Below, in pieces: positions 10,370 through 22,893 of a stretch of 64,000 nt of DNA. Numbering within the stretch: the stretch's first letter is position 1; each line of letters opens with the position of its first letter. Under the pieces are notes generated by a model that searched no databases, was not told the DNA's origin, and saw nothing but the letters and a program-made list of their open reading frames with translations. The DNA lies in the NCBI GenBank assembly GCA_038087875.1, contig JAXLNO010000128.1, positions 1-64,000 on the forward strand, in the 5' to 3' direction. Made by a program: the position numbers and the translations under genes. This stretch comes from Malacoraja senta. Its lineage: Eukaryota.

Positions 10370-12892
10370 CTTCCCCCTCAAACCATGTGACCCCAGCTCT
10401 TCCCCACCCCCACTATAGGCCCCATACCCCCTTCCTCCCTGACCACCCACCGCCTCGGCGTCAGTCCACTCACCTGCCTTCCTCCGGCCCCAACCCCCAT
10501 CCTTGCCATGTGTTCACCATCCCCCCTGACCTCCCCCTCTCGGATACGGAACGTTGTGTCCTCAGCAGAGGCCTCACCTTTGTTCCCCACCTCAATGAGT
10601 TCCGCGTCCGCCACGATGTGGAGCTCTTCTTCCGTCGCCTCCTCATCAAAGCGTTTTTCCACGGGAAGGAGTCCTCGCCCCCAGTGATGACCCCTTCTCC
10701 CGTCTCCAATGGACCCCTCCTCTTGGACTCCCCCTCATGGCCATCTAGCGGCTTTAGACCGTTTTATTTTAAACTGCTGGCGGGACATCAGCCGCCTCAA
10801 CTTCTCCACTCCCTTTTCTCACTCTAACCCCCCCCCCCCTGACGTACAGCCCTCCACTCACTCTGCAACAACCCAGAGTGGGTGATCAAAACTGCCGACA
10901 AGGGAGGTGCCGTGGTAATCTGGCGAGCTGATCTCTACAAAGCTGAGGCCATGAGTCAACTCTCAGACACCTCCTCCTACTTATCCTTGGACCATGACCC
11001 CACAGATGAGCACCAGGCCACCATCTCTAACACTATCACTGACTTCATTGCTTCCGTCTTCCTGCCCTCCCAAGCCTCCAACCTCATCGTTCCCCAGACT
11101 CGCACGGCCCGATTTTACCTTCTCCCCAAAATCCACAAACCTGACTGTCCTGACAGACCCATTGTTTCTGCCTGTTCGTGCCCCACCGAACATATTTCCA
11201 CATACCTCAACTCCATCCAATCCCCCTTGGTTAAATCCCTCCCTACGCATGTTCAAGACACCTCACACGTTCTTAGCCTCCTCCATGACTTCCGTTTTCT
11301 AGGCCCCCATTCCCTCATCTTCACCAAGGATGTCCAGTCACTCTACACCTCCATCCCCCACCAGAAGGGTCTTAAAGCCGTCCGTTTCTTCCTCGACCAC
11401 AGAAGCAGCCAATCCCCGTCTACTGATACTCTCCTCGGCCAAACGGAGCTGGTCCTTACCCTTAACAACTTTTCATTTGACTCCTCCCATTTCCTCCAAA
11501 TCCAAGGCATAGCTATGGGCATGCACATGGGCCCAAGCAATGCCAGCCTCTTTTTAAGGGTTAGTCGAACAATCCTTGTTCGATGTGTACCACGGCCCTA
11601 TACCTGAACTCTACCTCTGCTACATCGACAACTGCATTGGTGTTACCTCCTGCACCCATACAGAACTCACTGACTTCATCCAATTCACCACTAACTTCCA
11701 TCCGGCACTCAAATACACAACTCCCTACAGTTTCTGGACCTCACTATCTCCATCGCAGGTGACAGAATACTGACCGGCATCTACTATAAACCCACTGACT
11801 CCCATGGCTACCTGGACTACACTTCTACCCACCCTGCTTCCTGTAACGACTACATCCTCTACTCACACTTCCTCCGTCTACGCCGCATCTGCACCCAGAT
11901 GAGGTGTTCCACATCAGGGCATCGGAGATGTCCTCATTCTTTAGGGAACAGGGGATCCCCTCTTCTACTATAGATGAGGCTCTCACCAGGGTCCCTTCTG
12001 TACACCGTAACTCTGCTGTCACTCCCGATCACCCCAATCGTAACAAGGGCAGAGTCCCCCATGTCCTCACCTTCCACCCTACCAACCATCACATACAACA
12101 AATATTCCCCAGACATTTTCGCCACCTCCAACAGGATCCCACCACTGGCCACATCTTCCCATCTCCTCCCCTTTCGGCTTTCCGCAGAGTCCACTCCCTC
12201 CCTAACTCCCTGGTCAATTCCTCCCTTCCCACCCAAACCACCCCCTCTCCTGGCACTTTCCCTTGCAATCGCAGGAAATGCTACACTTGTCGCTTTACCT
12301 CCCCCTTGACTCCATTCAAGGACCCAAGCCGTCTTTCCAGGTGCGGCAGAGGTTCACCTTCTATTCCTCCAACCTCATCTATTGCATCCGCTGCTCTAGG
12401 TGTCAGCTGCTCTACATCGGTGAGACCAAGCTTGGCGATCGCTTCGCCCAACACCTCTGCTCTGTTCGCAATAACCAACCTGATCTCCCGGTGGCTCAGC
12501 ACTTCAACTCCCCCTCCCATTCTGAATCCGACCTTTCTGTCCTGGGGCTCCTCCATGGCCAGAGTGAGGCCCACCGTCAATTGGAGGGGCAGCACCTCAT
12601 ATTTCGCTTAGGTAGTTTACACCCCAGCGGTATGAACATTGACTTCTCCAATTTTAGGTAGTCCCTGCTTTCTACTTCATTGCCCTCCCCTTCCCAGCTC
12701 TCCCACAGCCCACTGTCTCCGCCACTTCCTTTCTTCTTCCCGCCCCTCCCACCCCCACATCAGTCTGAAGAAGTGTCTCGACCCGAAACGTCGCCTATTT
12801 CCTTCGCTCCATAGATGCTGCCTCACCCGCTGAGTTTCTCCAGCATGTTTGTCTACCTTCGATTTTCCAGCATTTGCAGTTCCTTCTTAAAC
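10370..12892 (+). mobile_element. Penelope-like element (RT + GIY-YIG endonuclease), frameshifted
   Basis: IKTADKGGAVV, FYLLPKIHK..RPIVS, KDVQSLYTSIP, GIAMG and degenerate YIDN (RT); NLIYCIRCSRCQLLYIGET..RFAQH (GIY-YIG); terminal repeat at 12761-12892. Confidence 0.93.
12765..12792 (+). ncRNA. Minimal hammerhead-ribozyme core in Penelope terminal repeat
   Basis: CUGAAGA-A-[GUGU CUCG ACCC]-GAAA-CGUC: conserved core boxes, stem II with one mismatch, palindromic loop-less stem III and a GUC site. Confidence 0.6.
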
Positions 12893-13769
12893 ATAACACA
12901 TAACAATATCCCATTCGCAGTCTGTCAGTTACATCTCTTCTCATTGTTCTCACTTCGGTGTCCACAAGGGCCAGTAAATCGCCGTTGTTGCTTCCTCTTT
13001 TGCAAACAGTCTCCGCCACTCATGTTTCCCTGTCTGAAACAGAAAGCACCCACCGCCATACACCCGCAAGGCCAACATAACCCCTGGCAATTCCACTTCA
13101 ATTTTACACATTCCACAACCCTGTGTAGATAACTCTCAACTCTCTCTAGATTCCCACTTCCAAGACAACTGGTGAAAAACCTTTGATCTTCCTCATATTA
13201 CGGACCAACATTCTGGTCAGCACCCAACCCTCGTGCGGGGATACAAACAATACTCGTTTGTGCGTACACTCCCATGGCGTTCGTAACGATATCCCGGTAA
13301 AAGTATAAAGGTTTCAAAGGTCTTTTATTGTCACATGTACCAATTAAGGTACAGCGATATGCGAATTACCATACAGCCATACGAAAAAAAGAGCAACAAG
13401 ACACACAACTATATAAAAGTTAACATAAACATCCACCACACCGGATTCCCCACATTTCTCACTGCGATGGAAGGCAAAAAAAAATTCAACCTACTTCCCC
13501 CTAAATGATGGGAGTCATCGTATTCACAACCATTTGATATTTGTCCGCGTAAACTCGCTCCTCACATGCTCGAAGCTCATTTTCTCCCTTTCAGTCCCCG
13601 CATCAGCTGAATTTTAATCCGCCAACCCCCCCCCCCCCTCCCCGCACAACTCAAATGCCAGAGCCTTCCAGATCCTCGCCACTGGCGAATTGCATACAAC
13701 CCTTGACAGAAAGCTTCAGATGCTGGGAATGTTAAAAGTACAGTCCTTTTGTATTCACTTTCGCATCCA

Positions 13770-13968
13770 ACACACTAGGGGCAATTTACGGAAAATAGAA
13801 ACCCACAAACCTGCAAGTCTTTAAAGTGTGAGAGGAAATGCCGCGCACCCGGAGAAATCCCACGCGGCCATCGGGAGAACGTACAAACTCCGCTCAGACA
13901 GCACCCGGAGACAGGATCCAACCCGACGTTGTGAGGCAGCAGCGCTACCGCTGCGCCTCTGGACAGCC
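13770..13968 (-). mobile_element. V-SINE (HE1-like)
   Basis: The reverse complement contains the V-domain ggagtttgtacgttctccc...gcgtgggatttctccgggtgc and a tRNA-like head. Confidence 0.75.
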
Positions 13969-14354
13969 CCATGGCAGGAGAGTTGATTGTTGAGGTGGAA
14001 GACCATTGTCAGATGTTTGAAGGAGTGAAAAGAATCTCGTTAGGCTGTAGCGTGTACAGGAAGTAAAAGTTTCCTCGTTTCACTTTAGTTTCCTTTGCCA
14101 TTCGTTTTATTTCATGTCCTTCCGGATTGCATTTAACTTTTCTCCGATGGCTTGATGATTTTGTTTATCCACACGCCCTTGAGGTTTCCTGATTGTTACG
14201 TTGGTTTTCAGACCCTGACATCCCGTTCACATTCGAGCAGCTTCCTCTTCAACCTTTCTATGTGAATAAAATGTTGTGAATAAAAATCACTCTAGTAAAT
14301 CTACTTGAAACTTATCTAAGCCATTCACACCTCTCCTGAACGGTAGCCGAACAA

Positions 14355-15188
14355 CTATAGACATAGACAAAAGGCAACAGGTGCAGGAGTAGGTGATTCG
14401 GCCCTTCAAGCCAGCACCGCCATTCACTGTGATCATGTTGATCATCCACAATCACCTTGACTCCGCTACCTTTAAGAGCTCTATAACCCTCTCTTGAAAG
14501 CATCCAGCGAATTGTATAATTCTACAACTGTAGAAGGACCACTTTGCTCCTATAGTACCTAACTCATCGTGTTATGAAGGCCAACATGACATTAGCTTTC
14601 TTCACTGCCTGCTGTATCTGCATGCTTCCTTTTAGTGACTGCTGAACAAGGACACCCAGATCTCGTTGTACTTCCCTTTTCCCTAACTTGACACCATTCA
14701 GATAATAATCTGCCTTCCTGTTCTTGCCACCAAAGGGCATAACCTCACATTTATCCACATTAAACTGCATCTGCCATGCATCTGCCCACTAACCTAACCT
14801 GCACAAGTCACCCTGCATCCTCAGAGCATCCGCCTCACAGTTCACACTGCCACCCAAATTTGCTAATGTTACTCTTAATCCCTTCATCTAAATCATTAAT
14901 GCATATTGTGGTCCCAGCACAGAGCCTTGCGGTACCCCACTACTCACTGCCTGCCATTCTGAAAGGGACCCGTTAATCCCTACCCTTTGTTCCTGTCAGC
15001 CAACCAATTTTCTAACCATGTGAGTACCCTACCCCCAATACAATGTGCTCTAATTTTGCCCACTAATCTCCTACGTGGGACCTTATCAAAGGCTTTCTGA
15101 ACGTCCAGGTACATTACATCCAGGTACATTACTCCCTTGTTCATTTTCCTACTTACATCCTCAAAAAATTCCAGAAGATTAGTCAAGC

Positions 15189-15220
<32 letters not shown>

Positions 15221-15234
15221 TTAAAAAAAAAAAA

Positions 15235-15276
<42 letters not shown>

Positions 15277-16942
15277 CTTTTATTGTCATTATACTTAGAA
15301 ATACAACGACATTAGGAGAGCTACTCCTGATGTGCAACCAAAACAAGCCCAAACAAGACAAAAAACATCCAATACATTCAATACGTTATTTAACTACTTA
15401 AAATAGTGGATACATTATAATTACCACACCTAGGTAGAACATTGCACTGGCAGAATATTACACTTTAAAATGTAATAAATACTTAAAAGATTTCCCCTTC
15501 GTAAATCCATGCTGACTCGGACCGACCCTGTTACTGCTATCCAAATGTGCTGCTATTTCATCTTTTGTAATTGACTCCAATATCTTCCCCGCCACAGATG
15601 TCAGGCCAACTGGTCTATAATCCCCTGTTTTTCTCTCTCCCTCCTTTGTTAAAGCAGTGGGATAACATTGGCTACCCTCCAATCCACAGGAACTGATCCT
15701 GAATTTATAGAACATTGGAAATTGATCACCAATGCGTCCACCATTTCCAGAGGCAATGCCTTAAGTACTCTGGGATGCACACCTTCAGGCCCTGGGGACT
15801 TATCAACCTTCAGTCCCATCAGTCTACCCAATAGCATTTCCTGCCTAATGTGAATTTCCTTCAGTTCCTCCATCACCCTAAGTCCTCTGGCCACTAGTAC
15901 ATCTGGGAGATTGTTTGTGTCTTCCTTAGTGAAGACAGATCCAAAGTACCTGTTCAACTCGTCTGGCATTTCCTTGTTCGCCATAATAAATTCACCTGTT
16001 TCTCTCCTCAACGGACCCACATTTGCCTTATCTAATTTTTTCCTCTTCACATACCTAAAGAAGCTTTCACTATCCTCCTCTACATTATTGGCTAGCTTGC
16101 CTTCGTACTTCACCGTTTCTCCCTGCATTGCCTTTTTAGTTATCTTCTGTTGCTCTTTAAAAGTTTCCCTATCCTCTGGCTTCCCGCTCATCTTTCCTAT
16201 GTTATACTTATTTTATTTTATATTTACACTGTCCTTGACTTCCCTTGTCAACCACGGTCGCCTCTTACTCCCCTTAGAATCTTTCTTCCTCTTTGGAACA
16301 AACTGATCCTGCATCTTCTGTATTGTCCCCTGAAATATCTGCCATTGTTGTGCCACTGTCATTCCTGCTTGGGTCTCTTTCCTGTCAACATTGACCAGCT
16401 CCTCTCTCTTGCCTCCTTTGTCCCCTCTGCTCAACTGTAATAATGACACTTCCGATTTCCCCATCTCCCTCTCAAATTGTAGATTAAAATTTATCAAAAC
16501 GTAACTTATGTCACTACCATAAGGCCCCTTTACCTTGAGTTCCCTTATGAAATCCGGTTCATTACGCAACACTAAACCCAGAATTGCCTTCTCCCTTGTA
16601 GGCTCCAGTACAACTGCTCTAAGAATCCATCTCGGAGGTATTCCACAAACTCCCTTTCTTGGGGTCTAGTACCAACCTGATTTTCCCAGTCTACCTGCAT
16701 GTTGAAATCTCCGATAATCACCGTAGCATTACCTTTGCTACATGCCAATTTTAACTCTTGATTCAACTTGCACCCTGTATCCAGTTTACTGTTTGGGGGG
16801 CAGTAGATAACTCCCATTGGGGTCTTTTTACCCATACAATTCCTCAGTTCTATGCATACTGACTCCACATCTCCTGATTCTATGTCACCCCTTGTAAGGG
16901 ACTGAATTTCATTCCTCACCAACAGAGCTACCCTACCCCCAA
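14355..16942 (-). mobile_element. CR1 LINE, deleted/frameshifted (APE + RT fragments)
   Basis: ORFs with GDFN, KSPGPEG, YRPVGLTS, LDVQKAFDKVP and QFNVDKC; CR1 3' hairpin near 14400. Confidence 0.9.
15191..15488 (-). mobile_element. Short LINE 3'-end insertion with (TTA)n tail inside the CR1
   Basis: (AAT)n/poly-A at 15191-15275 next to tttattgtc (AATAAA on minus). Interrupts the CR1 sequence agtcaagcat|gatttcccc. Confidence 0.65.
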
Positions 16943-17204
16943 TTTTATTACAGGTGACAGTTATAGCATGAACCTGCTGCACATGTATATCTTGGCAGAA
17001 GTGTTTGTAGGTTTGTGACGTGCTGTCAGAGTGGGCTGGATGAGTAACTGCAATCCAATTTGTTGTTGTACACCCAACAACCTCCGCGCGCTGGTGCTGG
17101 AGGGAATGGGTGTTGAGGGCGGTGATATGGTGCCAATCTATCGGGTGCTTTCTCCTGGATTGTTCGAGCCTTTTGAATGTTATTGCAGCTGCACTCATCC
17201 GCCC

Positions 17205-17425
17205 ACCAGCGATCGCCGCTTACTAACACTATCTTACACCACTAGGGACAATTTACAATTTTACCAAGCTAATTAACCTACAAATTTTACGTATTTGGTG
17301 CGTGGGAGGAAACCGGAGCTCCCGGAGAAACCCCTCGCAGGTCATGGGGACAGCCTACAAACTAGGGGAGGGTCGATCACGGGGCTTTTGACATAAGCAG
17401 CAACTTTACCGCTGCACCACTGTGT
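17205..17425 (-). mobile_element. V-SINE (HE1-like)
   Basis: cactagggacaattta...gtgggaggaaaccggagctcccggagaaa...accgctgcaccac. Confidence 0.75.
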
Positions 17426-17454
17426 CTCCTCTTGTTGAGGTTAATGTGAAAAAC

Positions 17455-17728
17455 CTCATAGCACCAGTACCTTAGAATCAAAGAATGTACCTTTATGATG
17501 AACATGAGGAGGAATGTGTTTAGTCAGCCGGATGGTGAATCTGCGGAATTCATTGTGGAGGTCACATTGAGGAGTTTGACAGATTCTTGATTTGTAATAG
17601 TGTCAAAGGTTGAGGGGAGAAGGTGGGAGATTAGGATTGAGAGGGAAAGATAGATATTCCACGATTGGATGGCAGGTAGACTCGATGGGCCGAATGGCTT
17701 ATTTCTGCTCTAATTACTTATGAACCAT
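17455..17728 (+). mobile_element. Degenerate CR1 3' end
   Basis: ggtgaatctgcggaattc and gatgggccgaatggc, as in the other CR1 tails. Confidence 0.65.
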
Positions 17729-20599
17729 TAAAAGACTAAAGGAAGGAACGCCGTGAGGGAGGTGGGCGGAGAAAGAAGAGGGACCTGGCACTTTGGAAGC
17801 GCCCTTCATTGGGCCACTATTTGCATACATTGGGTATGCAAGAATTTCACTGTGACTTGTCACATGTGACAATAAAGTATCCATTCATTCATTCACTGTC
17901 AAATATGCATTTATCAAAACCGTTTTCAGCGAACTAAGTATTGAACAATTACATTTTCAAGAATTATATAAACATAAATCTAGATGTGGTCTTATCAGGA
18001 CAATTTATAATTGGAGTACATCATTTTGCCCAGGTTATTCAAATTTCCCTACAGGGCGACAAGGTTCCGTGTTTCATGTGCCGAGATACTCAAGCCCTCA
18101 CTAACACCATTGTCATTCAATTTATCTTTATTATTTGTCCCAGATTACATTATTGATGGTTCATCCAGTGAGGATGTATGAGCGGGGCTGAGAAATTGAA
18201 AGGGAATGATCACCATGTGGGGAGCGTAGTCCCCCCCCCCCCCCCCCACCCACAAATAGTCAATGGGAATTGGAAGCGTTAATATGCCGGGAGATTGCAG
18301 GCAGCTGCAGAGTTGTCACAGTTAGGGGATATTCCCAATATAGACTGGGACTGGCATAGCCATAGACTCAAAGGTTTAAAGGTTCATTTATTGTCACATA
18401 CACCAATTGGTGTAGTGAAATTCGAGTTGCCATTGCAGCACACTAATAAGAATACAACACAACATTAAAGAAGAATTTAACATTAAACATAAAAACATCC
18501 CCCCCACAATGGTTCCCACTGTGGGGAAATGCACAAAGTCCAGTCATGTCATAGAGCACGGATAAAGGCCCATCGGCCCAACTCATCCATGCCGATCATC
18601 GTGCTGAGGGATTAGATGGGATGGAATTTGTCAAATATGTTCAGGGAAGTTTCATTTGGCAAAATGTAGAGGGACCTACAAGGCAGAGGGCAGTGCTTGA
18701 TCTATTCTTCGGCAATTGGGAAGGGCAAGGGATGTGTCAGTGGGCGAGCCTTTTTTGGACCAGGGGACCGCAGTTCCCACACACCCGAACAAACTATTCA
18801 CGCAAACCTGATAATAAGGAACAGAAAATAACTTATGATTTAATGATGTTATTGACAACTTAGCAAAGGTTTTGTCAATGTGGTGAACATTATCCACTTT
18901 ACAGCTTGGAACAAACTATGTGACGGATCTGCTCCGCCATCTACTGGCTGTGTCTCTGGTGACTTTCTTCAAACTGATAATGAGGTTCGAGCGAAACAAA
19001 AAGCGCAAACTGCTGGAGTAACTCGGCGGGCCAGACAGCCTTTATGGAGAACATGTCTAAGCGACGTTGCGGATCGTGTCTTTGCTTACTTTGGTTTAGA
19101 CTCAACAATCTGTGGGGATATATTTATTCTGATTCCGGTTCTCCAGAAATGCTACCTGGCACATTGAGTTATTCCAGCACTTTGTAGTTTTTTGCTGAAA
19201 CAAAAATACAAATACTTCTGACGAAAGGACAACGTCACCTAGCCATGTTCTCCAGATATACTGGCTGTCCCGCAGATATTTTCGCACCTTTCTGTCCTAT
19301 TGTCTCTTTGGGTTTCTGCTCAACTTCCGGCATCTGCATTTCCTTGTGTCTATTTAAGTTCTGGTGACCATGTTCACAGGTATCACAGTAATATATCATG
19401 GTAACGACACAGCCTTACATCTGGTGTGGCGGAGACAACAATGCAACAGAATGAAGTGCATTAAATATTAACAGGTTAGCACGGGTTACACAATTCCACA
19501 GAATTCTCAGTTTAATAACAGTTGTGAGGCAGTTCCTGATATTTGAAGAGTGGCACCGCCGTCACACAAGCTGAATAAAGCGGAACTGTGGGGTTCACCA
19601 TCACTAAATAACTCTTTTAGAAACTGTAACAACTTTGGTCTAATGTACGCTGAGGCCTCCACAATATGCATGCAGCCACCGAAGCCCTGGACTTTGAATG
19701 TCAGTTCCAGCCCCAGTTCAGCGTCATGTCTACAATGCAGCAGCAACACACTGTCCTCCCACAACACCATGGTGGAATGCAAGCCCAGATATTAGTCTTT
19801 CAATCTCTACAGTGCACATTAAACCAACATTCTACTGATGCTGAATTCAAATACATTTTAAAGGTTAATATGAAGTGACGAAAAGTAAATCACTTTGGAA
19901 TTTACTGTGAAGAGACGTGTGGTCAGTGTCCTGTGGTCTGGGGTGTTTTTGTTGGCTTCATAACGCAAAAAGCACATTAGGTTGGATGAGCCTTACTGCC
20001 ATAGGTAACCCTCAGGTGTGGTTGTTGGAGTTTAAGCCACCCATCCAAAGACGTGAGTGTAATAGCTCCTCGGGGCAACAAACTCGGCCCAGCTGCTTCG
20101 TGAATGACATTCATACCAGTGTAGGGATGTGCATAATGGTCAATTCCATTTGCAACTTTTCACCAAACAGGGCAGTTCATTTCTATAGCAAACAGGATCT
20201 AAGCAGCATCTTGACGATTACCATGTGCCCCGCTAGTGCTGGCACTGATCATCTCCTTCAAGAAGTGAAACCACATTTCCTTGATATTCATTTGGATTAC
20301 TGTTGGCTCCACATTCACTTCTCTGGAGGTTAGCATTGAGCAGTAACTCAACTGGACCAGCCATGTAAATTCAACAAAAGTAGTTCAGGGGGAGGGGTAT
20401 GAATTCTACAGCGAACAACCCACCTCTTGACAAATCCAAGCCAATACAAGTTCCACCCAGCCCCAGAGAGGAGAAGTGTAAATGTCCTCCAATGGTCAGC
20501 TTAGTAAAATATCATCAATGACCAAGACCACCAATAAAATTTAATTATCTCAGTTATCTTCCAATCTAACCATTGCCTCAGCCATCAGCATACCATGGT

Positions 20600-20858
20600 T
20601 AGTTTAGTTTAGAGATGCAGCACAGAAAAGGGCCCTTCGGCCCATCGTGTCCATGCTGACCAGCGACCCCCACACGCTAACATAAACACTAGGGACAATT
20701 TACAATTTTACCGAAGCCAATTAACCTCTTTGGAGATTGGGAGGAAACCAGAGCTCCTGTAGAAAACTCATACTGGTCACGGGGAGAACGTACGAACTCC
20801 GTACAGACAGGATCAATCCCAGGTCTCTGGCACTGAAAGGCAGCAACTACCACTGTAT
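20600..20858 (-). mobile_element. V-SINE (HE1-like)
   Basis: Same family as 17205-17425: ggtcacggggagaacgtacgaactcc. Confidence 0.75.
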
Positions 20859-21022
20859 GGTTGCAGCGACCTCATTGGTCGACAACACTACACTTCCTTA
20901 ACCAATGAGTTCTACTTTAAATAAGCAAGCGGACCGTGACAGCAGTGGGACGCTGCCATGATTAGTAGAACACAGGGTGCTGGAGTAACTCAGTGGGTCA
21001 GGCAGCATCTCTAGAGGACATA

Positions 21023-22340
21023 CATCGCCCTTCATAATGTTTGGCACAAAGACCCATCATTTATTTATTTGCCTCTGTACTCCACAATTTGAGATTTGTA
21101 ATAGAAAAAAATCACATGCGGTTAACGTGTACTTTGTCAGATTTTATTAAAGGCCATTTTTATGCATTTTGGTTTCACCATGTGGACATTGCAGCTGTGT
21201 TTATACCTCATCTCCCATTTCAGGGCATCGTGATGTTTGGGACACATTTCTTCACAGGTGTTTGAAATTGCTCAGGTGTGTTTCATTGCCTCCTGAATGC
21301 AGGTATAAGAGAGCTCTCAGCACCTAGTCTTTCCTCCAGTCTTTCCATCACCTTTTGGAAACTATTATTGCTGTTAATCAACATGACGACCAAAGTTGTG
21401 CCAATGAAAGTCAAATAAGCCATTTTGGGACTGAGAAACAAGAATAAAACTGTTGGAGACATCACCCAAGCCTTAGGATTACCAAAATCAACTGTTTGGA
21501 ACATCATTAAGAAGAAAGAGAGCACTGGTGAGCTTACCAATCGGAAAGGGACTGGCAGGACAAGGAAGACTTCCACAGCTGATGACAGAAGAATTCTCTC
21601 TATAATAAAAAGAAATCCCCAAATAGTTGTCCGACAGATCAGAAACACTCTTCAGGAGTCAGGTGTGGATTTATCAATGACCACTGTCCACAGAAGACTT
21701 CATGAACAGAAATACAGAGGCTACACTGCAAGATGCAAACCACTGGTTAGTGGCAAAAATATGATGGCCAGGTTGCAGTTTGCCAAGAAGTACTTAAAAG
21801 AGCAACCAGTTCTGTAAAAAAGCTCTTGTGAACAGATGAGACAAAGATTAACTTATATCAGAGTGATGGCATGAGCAAAGTATGAAGGAGAGAAGGAATT
21901 GCCCAAGATCCAAAACATAGCACCTCATCTGTGAAACATGATGGTGGGGGTGTTATGGCCTGGGCATGTATTGCTGCTGAAGGTACTGGCTCACTTATCT
22001 TCATTGATGAGACAACTGCTAATGGTAGTAGCATAATGAATTCTGAAGTGTACAGACACATCCTATCTGCTCAAGTTCAAACAAATGCCTCAAAACTCAT
22101 TGGCCGGCGGTTCACCCTACAGCAAGACAATGATCCCAAACATACTGCTAAAGCAACAAAGGAGTTTTCAAAGCTAAAATAGAGTCACTTCTCGAGTGGC
22201 CAAGTCAATCACCAAATCTGAACTCAATTGAACATGCCTTTTATATGCTGAAGAGAAAACTTAAGGGGACTAGCTCCCAAAACAAGCATAAGCTAAAGAT
22301 GGCTGCAATACAGGCCTGGCAGAGCATCACCAGAGAATAC
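21023..22340 (+). mobile_element. Tc1-family DNA transposon, defective and right-truncated
   Basis: Begins after TA. Transposase remnants from ATG 21383: paired-like HTH, GRTRK, TDE, KHDGGGVMAW, QQDNDPKH, SPNLNSIE, with stops and a frameshift. Left end has an internal direct repeat (atgtttgg.aca at ~21037 and ~21233). No right TIR seen. Confidence 0.9.
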
Positions 22341-22600
22341 AATTGGTTCCCCACAGCAAGCCACACACCATCCTGATTTCTACTATTTTGCGGCTACTTG
22401 AATATTGCTAAAAGTAGAGGCGTTGGTGTGCTTTCTTGGTTGTTGCTACAATATGGGTTGTCAAGGAGAAGTTAATGGTGATATTGACTCCTACGAATTT
22501 GAAGTTTTCAATCAGCTCTACCTCGGCGCTGTCAATGCAAACTGCGGTGTGTGTACCGCTACGCATCCTGCAGTCGATCACGATTTCCTATGTCTTGCTG
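22340..22600 (-). mobile_element. Degenerate Rex1-like RT fragment
   Basis: The reverse complement resembles the KEIVVD...VE..KF.G region of the 53.8-54.7 kb element. Confidence 0.45.
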
Positions 22601-22625
22601 AACCATTTAAAACACTTTCCCACTT

Positions 22626-22720
22626 TAATCACTTGGACAGTTAAATACAATAGTCCCGTTGGAATTCCGACAGACGTCTACATCAGTGACAGAAATGCGA
22701 GCGATATATAACTCAGAACC
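22626..22720 (-). other. Candidate terminal exon of an unidentified minus-strand gene
   Basis: Acceptor ttttatag| then GSELYIARISVTDVDVCRNSNGTIVFNCPSD-TAA; a diverged paralogous copy lies at ~34080-34215. Confidence 0.35.
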
Positions 22721-22893
22721 TATAAAAACCTATAAAAAGAGCAGCATAAAAACACACTGATCTTACACATTATCTTATAAAAAACAGGATAGCAGAGTTT
22801 CATGGTTATTAAAGGCATATAGACATGCTTGTTGAAGAGGAAAAATAACATGCACTGTATTTACAGCAACAACTTAACACAATTAATGAATTA

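Noticed and set aside
15191..15275. (AAT)n array and other short repeats (909-969, 53713-53752) as CRISPR-like or functional arrays
   Set aside because: Simple microsatellite or LINE tails and local slippage duplicates, with no unique spacers or cas genes, in a eukaryotic context.
19507..19878. Overlapping 70-91 aa ORFs in apparently unique sequence
   Set aside because: No recognisable domain or convincing splice sites; could be UTR or intergenic.
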